Origin: Candidatus Zhuqueibacterota bacterium
Lineage (GTDB): Bacteria > Zhuqueibacterota > Zhuqueibacteria > Oceanimicrobiales > Oceanimicrobiaceae
Assembly: GCA_029261995.1 (NCBI GenBank)
Contig: JAJDAF010000060.1
Span: 21,963 to 85,962 of the forward strand
Direction of reading: 5' to 3'
Length of the DNA stretch: 64,000 bases
Below the pieces are notes generated by a model. The model was not told where the DNA came from. It did not search any database and worked only from the letters and a program-made list of their open reading frames with translations. A program made the position numbers and the translations under genes. Positions 11,180 through 19,519 of this stretch are shown one piece after another; the stretch's first letter is position 1; each line of letters starts with the position of its first letter.

Positions 11180-12961
11180 ATGTTGAAGAGAGCAAAACAA
11201 GTGGGGGAGTCTGATCTAGCCAACGTCCGGAGTGACGAAGCGACTCGACAGAGGCCACTCCGGCTTCTGCCTGGCGTGGTTATCGTGGCGCTGCAGTGGC
11301 TGGCCAGGTTTGCCGTCCCTTGGGTTGTGCCAGGGGCCTGGGCTTTAGGATTCGGGATATCTGGTGGATTCGTCGGCGGGTTGGCTATTGTCGTGTGGTG
11401 GGCGTTCTTCAGCCGGGCGCCTCGGTCGGAGCGCTGGGGCGCCGTCGTCCTGATGATAGTCGCGATGACCGTGACACCGCTCATCCTGCATGAGTCGATT
11501 GCGACGGCGCAGATGGGGATGACGTTCTTCATCTACGCCATTCCGGTGTTGAGCCTTGCCTTCGTCATCTGGGCGGTGGCCAGCCGTAGCCTTTCTGACG
11601 GACTTCGACGCGCGACAATGGTCGCGACCATCCTGCTTGCGTGCGGAGTGTGGGCGCTCGTGCGAACCGATGGCATGACCAGCGACATCGGTCATGATTT
11701 CGCGTGGCGCTGGGCGGAGACTGCCGAGCAGCGGCTCCTGGCCCAGGCCGGCGACGAGTTGACGGCGCTGCCATCGCCTCCGGCAGCAGCGGAGACAGCA
11801 GCCGACTGGCCCGGCTTTCGCGGACGCAATCGCGACGGCCACATCTCCGGCGTGCGCATTGAGACCGACTGGTCTGCATCGCCCCCGGTTGAGCTGTGGC
11901 GCCGGCCGGTCGGACCGGGCTGGTCGTCCTTCGCGGTCAGCAGCGACCTGCTTTACACCCAGGAGCAGCGCGGTGACGACGAGGTGGTGGCCTGCTACAA
12001 CGTGACCAGCGGCGAGCCGGTGTGGAGACACCGCGATGCCGCTCGCTTCCTGGGCGCGGCTGCCAACCCTGGTCCACGCGCGACGCCGACCCTGAGCGCC
12101 GGTCGCGTATACACCTTCGGTGCGACCGGAATCCTGAACGCGCTCGACGCTCGTGACGGCGCCGTCCTGTGGACACGCAATGCGGCCTCCGATACCGGCG
12201 AGAAGGTCCCGGTCTGGGGTTTTGCGAGTTCGCCGTTGGTGGTCGAAGACCTCGTTATCGTTCACGCCGGCGCACTGGTCGCCTACGACCTCGCCACCGG
12301 TGAGCCGCGCTGGTTCGGTCCGGCCGGTGGTGAGAGCTACAGCTCGCCACATCTATTGACCATCGCTGGCGTTGCGCAGGTCCTGCAACTGAGCGGAAAC
12401 GGCGCCATCAGCGTCTCGCCGGCCGATGGCGCGTTGCTTTGGGAGCACCCGTGGCCGGGTGGCAGCATCGTTCAGCCGGCCCTGACCGCGGACGACAACA
12501 TCCTGATCAGCGCCGAGGAAAATGGCACGCGCCGCATCGCGGTGACGCATGGACCCGCGGGATGGACTGTCGAAGAACGCTGGACCTCGCGCCGGCTGAA
12601 GTCCAGCTTCAACGACTTCGTGGTTCATAATGACCATGCCTTCGGTTTCGACGGCAGTATTCTCGCGTGCATCGACCTCGTGGACGGCAAGCGCAAGTGG
12701 AAGGGCGGACGCTACGGCCACGGCCAGCTCGTCCTGTTGGCCGACCAGGAGGTACTGCTGGTGGTGTCGGAGAAGGGCGAGCTGGCGCTGGTCGCGGCAA
12801 CCCCTGACCAGTTCACGGAGCTGGCGCGCTTCCCGGCCATCGAGGGCAAGACCTGGAACCACCCGGTGCTGGTCAACGACCTCCTGCTGGTCCGCAACGG
12901 CCAGGAGATGGTGGCGTTACGGCTGTCGCTCGCGGCTGACCTGAGTCAAAGTGGTCATTGA
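11180..12961 (+). CDS. membrane-anchored PQQ-repeat beta-propeller protein (paralog 2)
   Basis: 593 aa and about 75% identical to 8977..10743 along its full length. The roughly 90-nt leaders are also related (catgaacc.aa..ttcaaa...ggagga). Confidence 0.75.
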   Translation: MLKRAKQVGESDLANVRSDEATRQRPLRLLPGVVIVALQWLARFAVPWVVPGAWALGFGISGGFVGGLAIVVWWAFFSRAPRSERWGAVVLMIVAMTVTPLILHESIATAQMGMTFFIYAIPVLSLAFVIWAVASRSLSDGLRRATMVATILLACGVWALVRTDGMTSDIGHDFAWRWAETAEQRLLAQAGDELTALPSPPAAAETAADWPGFRGRNRDGHISGVRIETDWSASPPVELWRRPVGPGWSSFAVSSDLLYTQEQRGDDEVVACYNVTSGEPVWRHRDAARFLGAAANPGPRATPTLSAGRVYTFGATGILNALDARDGAVLWTRNAASDTGEKVPVWGFASSPLVVEDLVIVHAGALVAYDLATGEPRWFGPAGGESYSSPHLLTIAGVAQVLQLSGNGAISVSPADGALLWEHPWPGGSIVQPALTADDNILISAEENGTRRIAVTHGPAGWTVEERWTSRRLKSSFNDFVVHNDHAFGFDGSILACIDLVDGKRKWKGGRYGHGQLVLLADQEVLLVVSEKGELALVAATPDQFTELARFPAIEGKTWNHPVLVNDLLLVRNGQEMVALRLSLAADLSQSGH

Positions 12962-12965
12962 AACG

Positions 12966-13079
12966 TCCTTTTAACAAGGAGTCTCACTGAGTCAGCGGAG
13001 GTTCACGGAGCACTTGCTTGCAGAGACAGGAACTCCGTGTTCCTCCGGTTTCTCCGCGGCTCCGTGTTCAAAGCAAACC
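12966..13079. repeat. about 110-nt structured repeat, copy 1
   Basis: tccttttaacaaggagtctcactgagtcagcggaggttcacggagcacttgcttgcagagac...ctccgtgttcctccggtttctccgcggctccgtgtt, containing nested inverted repeats (ttcacggag / ctccgtgtt). Confidence 0.55.
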
Positions 13080-13171
13080 TGACTGTCCATTAAATATTCT
13101 GCCAGGGATGGCGGAAGTTGAGTTTGTCAGCCGCTCATCTTGTCAAGCTTGTCTCGGTTTGTTCGAAAGAT

Positions 13172-13279
13172 TGAAACATCCTTTTGACACGGAGCCACTG
13201 AGTCAACGGAGTTTCACGGAGAAAGTGCTTGCAGAGACGACAACTCCGTGTTTCTCCGTTTGCTCCGCGGCTCCGTGTT
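13172..13279. repeat. about 110-nt structured repeat, copy 2
   Basis: Direct repeat of 12966..13079 at about 85% identity. Confidence 0.55.
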
Positions 13280-13385
13280 GAGACCTGACCGGTACGCCTG
13301 CCCACCCGGGAAACAGTAGAACTGCTTCGCCGCAAGCCGGCGTCGCATTGACATAAGCGCGGAATGTTAGCTGCCAGGAGGACTG

Positions 13386-13751
13386 ATGAAGTACGAGCCA
13401 ATCAACTTTAGAGATAAGCTGTCAATGTTCGACCAGCATTGGTCACCAAGAGTAATCGCAGAAATGAACGATTACCAGTTCAAGCTGGTGAAAGTTTCCG
13501 GGGAATTTGTTTGGCATGCTCATCCCGAAACAGATGAGGTTTTCATTGTCATCGAGGGCAGCCTTGATATTGAATTTCGTGACGGCAAGGTCACCCTGCA
13601 AAGCGGAGAAATGTTCGTAATCCCGAGGGGTGTTGAACATAAGCCTGTAGCAGAGCGTGAATGTAAAATGATGCTGGTTGAACCAAAAGGTGTGGTAAAT
13701 ACGGGGGATGCCGGCGGTGAGCTAACAGCAGAGAATAATGTTTGGGTATAA
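13386..13751 (+). CDS. cupin-domain protein
   Basis: 121 aa with a two-His cupin motif region ([18 protein letters not shown]...[14 protein letters not shown]). AGGAGG RBS 7 nt upstream. AT-richer than the flanking DNA. Confidence 0.7.
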   Translation: MKYEPINFRDKLSMFDQHWSPRVIAEMNDYQFKLVKVSGEFVWHAHPETDEVFIVIEGSLDIEFRDGKVTLQSGEMFVIPRGVEHKPVAERECKMMLVEPKGVVNTGDAGGELTAENNVWV

Positions 13752-13861
13752 AGGAGTCAAACAAAGCACTGCACACGGATTCGCTCGCTCTCCGGTGAAT
13801 GCGGAGTTATGAAACACGAGCTGCAAACGATGCCGGGCAGCGGAAAAATCATGAAATAGGC

Positions 13862-14113
13862 CCGATGCGCGATGAAATAAGTCTGACGCGGTATGGGAAA
13901 AGCCTGATGCGGCATGAGATAAGCCTGATGCGCTATGGGAAAAGTCTGATGCGGCATGAGAAAAGTCCGATGCGCCATGAGAAAAGTCTGATGCGGTATG
14001 GGAAAAGCCTGATGTGCAATAGGCAAAGTCTGATGCGGCATGAGATAAGCCTGATGTGCCATGAGAAAAGTTCGATGTGTCATGAGAAAAGTCTGATGCG
14101 CGATGAGAGCCCG
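13862..14113. repeat. tandem array of 12 units of 21 bp (consensus CTGATGCGGCATGAGAAAAGC)
   Basis: The units are read directly from the sequence. There are no spacers, so this is not a CRISPR array. Both strands keep open frames through it, giving heptad repeats MRHE(I/K)SL (+) or ASDFSH(A/T) (-). Confidence 0.7.
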
Positions 14114-14537
14114 AGTTTGTAGGCTGAGCATGTTTCAGGAGCGCAATTTTCTGCTTGATATGCCCAATAGACTTTTCTATCTTCTTGTCACTATCTGAAG
14201 CGTCTCCAACTAAACCATTCATGACCAGCCGAATTCGGGTGGGAGAGGATGCAGGCTCCTAATTGACATCCACGACAGAAGCAGACGTTGCTATGGCAGG
14301 CCTAACGCAGAATGCAAAGCTGATCCGTGCCATAGTCGCTCACCACGGAGATGCCATGCTCGACACATGGTTATTGGACCGTAACATGTCCAGTAACAAA
14401 GGCGACAGCGTTCCGAATTGCGAGAGCAATTCATTGATTTGAAGGTCGTTAGGACAATCTGTGACGACTGGTTTATCGGACATGATGTGGCCGAAATCTT
14501 GGATCCAATAAACTAGGTTGGGTTACTAGGACAACTT

Positions 14538-14999
14538 ATGGATATTCCAGCAGACTTAGATGTTTTAAAAGGTGATATTTCTCGCGAGATACAGAGATTG
14601 CGGAAAAGTCGTTCTAACAACAAATATAAGGCTGCCAATATTGCAATCTATACAGGAGCGGTAGCTGCAATAACAACCGTGTGTATTGGGATCGGAACTT
14701 TCGTAGGAGAAGAGTTAGGAAGGGTTTTTGGGTTGATATCATTGGTAACGAGCGCATCCATATCTGTAGTATCGGCTTGGGACGGAATATTTAACCATAA
14801 GAAGCTTTGGGTTAGCATCTCCCTTACGTTGAATCAGTTTTATGAACTTGATACTGATATTTGCCACCTTGAGGCCCAAGGTGATATCGACCAAGAGACA
14901 AGAAACAAGCTATACATCCGGTTTAAAAAGATCTTAGCAGATTCCGACAGAAGGTGGTATCAAATACGAGATGCAGGTGTCGAGACAATAGAATCCTAA
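14538..14999 (+). CDS. small two-transmembrane (2TM) protein, SLATT-like
   Basis: 153 aa: N-terminal helix, two TM helices (AANIAIYTGAVAAITTVCIGIGTF and GLISLVTSASISVVSAW), C-terminal helix. This matches the SLATT domain layout. AT-rich. Confidence 0.45.
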   Translation: MDIPADLDVLKGDISREIQRLRKSRSNNKYKAANIAIYTGAVAAITTVCIGIGTFVGEELGRVFGLISLVTSASISVVSAWDGIFNHKKLWVSISLTLNQFYELDTDICHLEAQGDIDQETRNKLYIRFKKILADSDRRWYQIRDAGVETIES

Positions 15000-15099
15000 C
15001 AAAATGCGCAGGAAAAAATACTCGCTGTGGCTCGCATTTTTTCTGTGAGCACGACTAGTTGCTACGGTTCTAACATGTGGCTCAAGCACGAACTGTAAT

Positions 15100-16182
15100 T
15101 TGGAAAGGACGCATATTTTTATGGCAACAAGAATATCAATGTTCAATCATAAGGGTGGGGTAAGTAAGACCACCACCACCTTCAATCTTGGCTGGATGCT
15201 TGCGTCGCGAGGTAACAAGGTGGTTCTTGTTGATGCTGATCCCCAGTGTAACTTGACGGGTCTCGTATTGGGTTATGAAGGGATCAATGGTTTTGAAAAA
15301 TTCTATGAAAATTATGCGGAGCAGAACATAAAGGCGGGTTTGGCCCCTGCGTTCGAATCACGGCCAGAGCCGATTGAGGCTATCGAGTGCATTGAGGTCA
15401 AAGGTGTAAATGGGCTGAGCCTCATACCAGGGCATATCAATTTTTCTGAATACGAAGTGACACTCGGCATCTCTCAGGAACTATCCGGATCAATCCAAGC
15501 ACTCCAGAATCTACCAGGTTCTTTATCACACTTCATCGATAAAACCGCAAAAACTCAAGGCGCTGATTATGTTCTCATCGACATGAATCCAAGTCTTGGT
15601 GCAATAAATCAGAACCTATTAATGACGAGTCACTACTTTCTAGTTCCAACCGCTCCTGACTATTTCTCTAGAATGGCCATTGACTCTCTGAGCACCGTCT
15701 TACCTAAGTGGCATGCTTGGGCGGAAAAGGCAAAATCTATTGCCGTGCTGCAAAACGCGGCATATCCATTTCCGAAAACTATCCCCAAAATGCTGGGAAC
15801 TGTGATACAAAAATATAGACCTAGAAAGGGTAAAGCAACTGAAGGTTTCCAAGTCTGGATAGATGAAATTAACAAGTTGGTTTCTGAAAAGTTGGTGCCA
15901 GCTCTAAGGAAGAACAACATGGTTCTCGCGGACAAAGACTATGGCAACATTAGTGATGATTTTAGTTCCACTTACTGTCTTGCACAAATCCCAGACTTTA
16001 ATACACTCATTGCGACGTCACAGTCTCATCGAACACCAGTTTTTGCGCTAACTGACGACATGTTTCGCCATGTCGGTAGTGTTTTGGAGCAGGATAGAGT
16101 CAAAAAAAGGGAATTCAACACGATTTTCACTGAATTGGCAAAGAAAATCGCGACTTTGATAGAAAATGCAGCAGGCAATTGA
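15100..16182 (+). CDS. ParA/MinD-family P-loop ATPase
   Basis: Deviant Walker A NHKGGVSKTTTTFNLG, then VVLVDADPQCNLT. 360 aa. The start may be the M at 15121. Confidence 0.8.
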   Translation: MERTHIFMATRISMFNHKGGVSKTTTTFNLGWMLASRGNKVVLVDADPQCNLTGLVLGYEGINGFEKFYENYAEQNIKAGLAPAFESRPEPIEAIECIEVKGVNGLSLIPGHINFSEYEVTLGISQELSGSIQALQNLPGSLSHFIDKTAKTQGADYVLIDMNPSLGAINQNLLMTSHYFLVPTAPDYFSRMAIDSLSTVLPKWHAWAEKAKSIAVLQNAAYPFPKTIPKMLGTVIQKYRPRKGKATEGFQVWIDEINKLVSEKLVPALRKNNMVLADKDYGNISDDFSSTYCLAQIPDFNTLIATSQSHRTPVFALTDDMFRHVGSVLEQDRVKKREFNTIFTELAKKIATLIENAAGN

Positions 16183-16768
16183 CCAATTCCGCAGTAATAT
16201 TCAAAATATCCGAGCACTGTCATCCACAATTGTTGCTGTAAATAGAATGACGACAGAAGTGGTTGACCTCTCTGATATACTTAGAGCCGAGATTGTATTG
16301 GCGGTTAGTGCTCTGGATCATTTTGTTCATGAATTTGTTAGATTAGGAATGCTTGATATTTATTCGAGATCTCGAAGGCAGACAGATTCGTATCTAAGGT
16401 TTCAGGTGGCTTTGAGAGCAGCACATTTAGGTGAAACCAATCCGGCAGAGAATGGGTGGCTTGACGAATGCATCCGAGAACGTCATTCATGGCAGAGTTT
16501 TCAGGAACCCGACAAGATCGCAGATGCAATAAGATTGGTTTCCGAAATTAGGTTGTGGGATTCAGTTGGCCGAGAACTGGATAAAACGGGAGCTGATGTC
16601 AAGGCAGCACTGAAATTGATTATAGATAGAAGGAATAAGATTGCCCACGAGGCGGATATGGATCCTACCAATCCTGGTGTTCGCTGGCCAATCAACCAGA
16701 GGATGACAGAACAAGCAGTCAACAACGTTGAAGCGATAGTTGAAGCGATATACAAGGTAGCATCCTAG
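16166..16768 (+). CDS. putative HEPN-superfamily protein (Rx4H motif)
   Basis: 200 aa. Overlaps the ParA gene end by 17 nt, which suggests translational coupling. It carries DRRNKIAHE, matching the HEPN Rx4-6H RNase signature, and is predicted to be all-helical. Confidence 0.45.
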   Translation: MQQAIDQFRSNIQNIRALSSTIVAVNRMTTEVVDLSDILRAEIVLAVSALDHFVHEFVRLGMLDIYSRSRRQTDSYLRFQVALRAAHLGETNPAENGWLDECIRERHSWQSFQEPDKIADAIRLVSEIRLWDSVGRELDKTGADVKAALKLIIDRRNKIAHEADMDPTNPGVRWPINQRMTEQAVNNVEAIVEAIYKVAS

Positions 16769-17012
16769 ATACTCGCTAACATTGGCTCGCATGATGAATC
16801 GGGGAATGCCTTCCCCAGAGCGAGCCAGATGTTCAACCACGAGCCGGACGATCATTCGATTCTCAAGGTTGAACTCTTGCAGCGGGAGATAGCTTGGCGG
16901 GGTGAGCATGTGGGCAGCAAATCTTCCACGAGCAGGAGACAATGTCTAGATCAAAATGCGGAACATCGAATAACTGTCAGGTTACTAAAGAAACATTATG
17001 GATTCATAGACT

Positions 17013-17726
17013 ATGTCAAGTAGTGGGTACGAAATTCTCGCTAGCGAATACTACGATCATGCTCATATTACTTCAAGAAATTTTGATTCTGCAACAGCGA
17101 ACTTCTGCAAAGAGTTTGCCTTTCCTTTAATCCCGAAAGGTGTTATCGTTGAACTAGGTGCCGGAAGAGGGCGAACCCGTGAATATTGCCGCATTCCAGA
17201 ATCGCGCATAATTCAAACTGATTTATCTTATGGAATGCTGCAACTCAATTCTCGCGAGAATTCTATTGCTAGAGTGCAATGTAGCGCCCTCGAACTACCA
17301 TTTAAGCACTCATCGATGTCTGCCATTACGGCTTTTCTTTACGATCCCTATAATAGGCCAAAACTATATTCAGAAATGCATCGTGTCATGAAAACTGAAG
17401 GAATCTTCATAGGCACGCTGCCCCATCATGTTTGGGGAGAAAGTCTCAGAAATCTTAAGGGCATAGATGCAAACAAAGCTAGAATAATCCGCTTTACCAC
17501 AGACTCAAAGGAATTCGTTGAGATGGATTCCTACTTGATGAACGAAAATGAGATTGCAGATTCATTTCATTCTGCGGGGTTCGGCAAGATTGAATTTCAG
17601 GATTTGTTTTTGCCGAGAGAAATAAAGTGCTCTGATATTTCGCCACACATAGCAGAGGCAGCAAGCTCACAGGAGATATCGCCATATGAATTGCCAATCG
17701 TCACATTTATTCTAGGCTGGAAATGA
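17013..17726 (+). CDS. class I SAM-dependent methyltransferase
   Basis: VIVELGAGRGRT (motif I, glycine-rich loop). 237 aa. Confidence 0.7.
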   Translation: MSSSGYEILASEYYDHAHITSRNFDSATANFCKEFAFPLIPKGVIVELGAGRGRTREYCRIPESRIIQTDLSYGMLQLNSRENSIARVQCSALELPFKHSSMSAITAFLYDPYNRPKLYSEMHRVMKTEGIFIGTLPHHVWGESLRNLKGIDANKARIIRFTTDSKEFVEMDSYLMNENEIADSFHSAGFGKIEFQDLFLPREIKCSDISPHIAEAASSQEISPYELPIVTFILGWK

Positions 17727-17727
17727 A

Positions 17728-18366
17728 ATGAAGAAGAAATACTTGATTTTCTGGGCAACTGAGTTCGCAAGCCTAACAGCGATTTCTATCATCCTTGCAA
17801 AAATCGATTGGTCAATGTACTGGATAGTAATACCAGTTGTCCTTATTCTCACCATGAAAGTGCTCGAGTATCGGTTCTTTCTAGATCAAAAACAAGCCTC
17901 AATTCAATCACAGCTCAAGCTCCTTGTAAAACTTTTGAGATCAGAGGGTGTGTCCAGCATTAGATGCACCTATCACGTTCCGATATCAGACTCGAAATTC
18001 CTTCAGGTATTTGACTATATTCCCAACGGTGGCGGTGGAAAGAGAAAATTCAACACAACTAGAGGAATTATCGCAAAAGCTTTCCAAGAAAAGACCCCCC
18101 TTGTTGAGAATTTTGATGGCAGCCACGACTTTCAGAAGCGCATGGTTACACAGTACAATTACAGTACCTCCGAACTAGGACATAGAACTCCAGATCGCAG
18201 GTCGTATATTTGCTACCCAGTTATTGATGAAAACCACTATGTAATGGGAATGATATATTGTGATTCATCAGTGCCCCATACTTTTGAATTGGATGGAGGT
18301 GGCAATCAGAAAATTTCAAAGATGATAATTGACGCTAGCGAAGTTATTCGCGACAACATGATATAG
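17728..18366 (+). CDS. 2TM membrane protein with a C-terminal globular (possibly GAF-like) domain
   Basis: Starts 1 nt after the methyltransferase stop. Two N-terminal TM helices, then an amphipathic helix, then about 130 aa containing GGGKRKF...YICYPVIDENHYVMGMIYCDSS. Confidence 0.45.
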   Translation: MKKKYLIFWATEFASLTAISIILAKIDWSMYWIVIPVVLILTMKVLEYRFFLDQKQASIQSQLKLLVKLLRSEGVSSIRCTYHVPISDSKFLQVFDYIPNGGGGKRKFNTTRGIIAKAFQEKTPLVENFDGSHDFQKRMVTQYNYSTSELGHRTPDRRSYICYPVIDENHYVMGMIYCDSSVPHTFELDGGGNQKISKMIIDASEVIRDNMI

Positions 18367-19475
18367 TGTGTCTAACTAGCAGCTCAACAGACGGCTGGCC
18401 CGGAAATGATGAAAAGACTTATGTGGTATCGGTAAGAAGCGACGTTCCACGCAAGATGTCGACATTGAAAAAACTTCTCATTGGACTAGGCGCCGTTGCA
18501 ATTATAACACTTATCGCCTTTTCCTGGTTTGTCATGTCCTTGTTTTCTGAGCAGGATATGTCAGAAGTTCCTGACCACTATCCGTTTAAATCGGCAGAGG
18601 CCAAAGAACAATATCTGCACCATTATGACAAGAGAGCGCGAGCGTGGCCTGTTGCTTCGGAATCCAGGGTCGTGGAAACATCTTATGGCCGGACTTTTGT
18701 TCGCATCAGCGGTCCGGTAAATGCGCCACCTTTGGTCTTGCTACCTTCTACCAGCGCTTCATCTCTTATCTGGATACCCAATATTCAGACACTATCCGTT
18801 CACTACAGAGTCTATGCTGTTGACAACATTTACGACTTTGGCCGCAGTGTCAATACTCGCAACATCAAGAGTTCTGATGACATGACGCACTGGCTCGATG
18901 AGCTGTTTACTGCGCTTACTCTCGGAGACAGTATCAATCTTATGGGGCTTTCATTTGGTGGCTGGCTGACAAGCCAATACACACTTGCTCATCCAACCAG
19001 GCTCAACAAGGTCGTATGGCTCGCCCCGGTGGCGACAATCCATGATATTCCGGCAGAGTGGGCGTGGCGTGGCATGCTCTCCGCGTTGCCCTATCGTTAC
19101 TTCATGACGAAATTCATGGTAGAATGGCTTTTTGAAGATTTGTGCAAGAAGACTGATGAGCATAGTCTGGAACAGATAGATGATTTGGTTGATGATGCCA
19201 TGCTCGGCCTCAAATGTTTTAAATTCCGGATGCCAATCACACCCTCTGTCTTGACGGATAATGAATTACAGAGCATCAAGGCGCCAACGCTCTTCTTGGT
19301 CGGTGAAAATGAGAAACTCTATCCCGCAAAAAAAGCTGTTGAACGTCTCAACACATTGGCGCCGCAGATACAAACGGAAATCATACCGAATGCCGGCCAC
19401 GACTTAACAATCGTTCAGGCAGAATTGGTAAATCGAAGGGTTCTTGATTTCCTGATGACAACTAATCCAGAATAA
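18366..19475 (+). CDS. membrane-anchored alpha/beta-fold hydrolase
   Basis: GLSFGGW nucleophile elbow (GxSxG). TM anchor LLIGLGAVAIITLIAF. The probable true start is the M at 18456. Confidence 0.7.
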   Translation: MCLTSSSTDGWPGNDEKTYVVSVRSDVPRKMSTLKKLLIGLGAVAIITLIAFSWFVMSLFSEQDMSEVPDHYPFKSAEAKEQYLHHYDKRARAWPVASESRVVETSYGRTFVRISGPVNAPPLVLLPSTSASSLIWIPNIQTLSVHYRVYAVDNIYDFGRSVNTRNIKSSDDMTHWLDELFTALTLGDSINLMGLSFGGWLTSQYTLAHPTRLNKVVWLAPVATIHDIPAEWAWRGMLSALPYRYFMTKFMVEWLFEDLCKKTDEHSLEQIDDLVDDAMLGLKCFKFRMPITPSVLTDNELQSIKAPTLFLVGENEKLYPAKKAVERLNTLAPQIQTEIIPNAGHDLTIVQAELVNRRVLDFLMTTNPE

Positions 19476-19519
19476 GCGCGGCTGCCCTTGACGACCATGC
19501 TTAACTACGAAACCAAGAT

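Noticed and set aside
9121-12862. Numerous long antisense and alternative-frame ORFs inside the PQQ paralogs and the hydrogenase genes (for example 9121..9825, 11345..12352, 50366..50788)
   Set aside because: High-GC codon bias keeps non-coding frames open. The sense-strand genes have coherent domain content, and the shadow ORFs have low-complexity Arg/Pro/Ala-rich translations.
13862-14113. Possible CRISPR array
   Set aside because: The units are contiguous 21-mers with no intervening unique spacers and no cas genes nearby. This is a simple tandem repeat.
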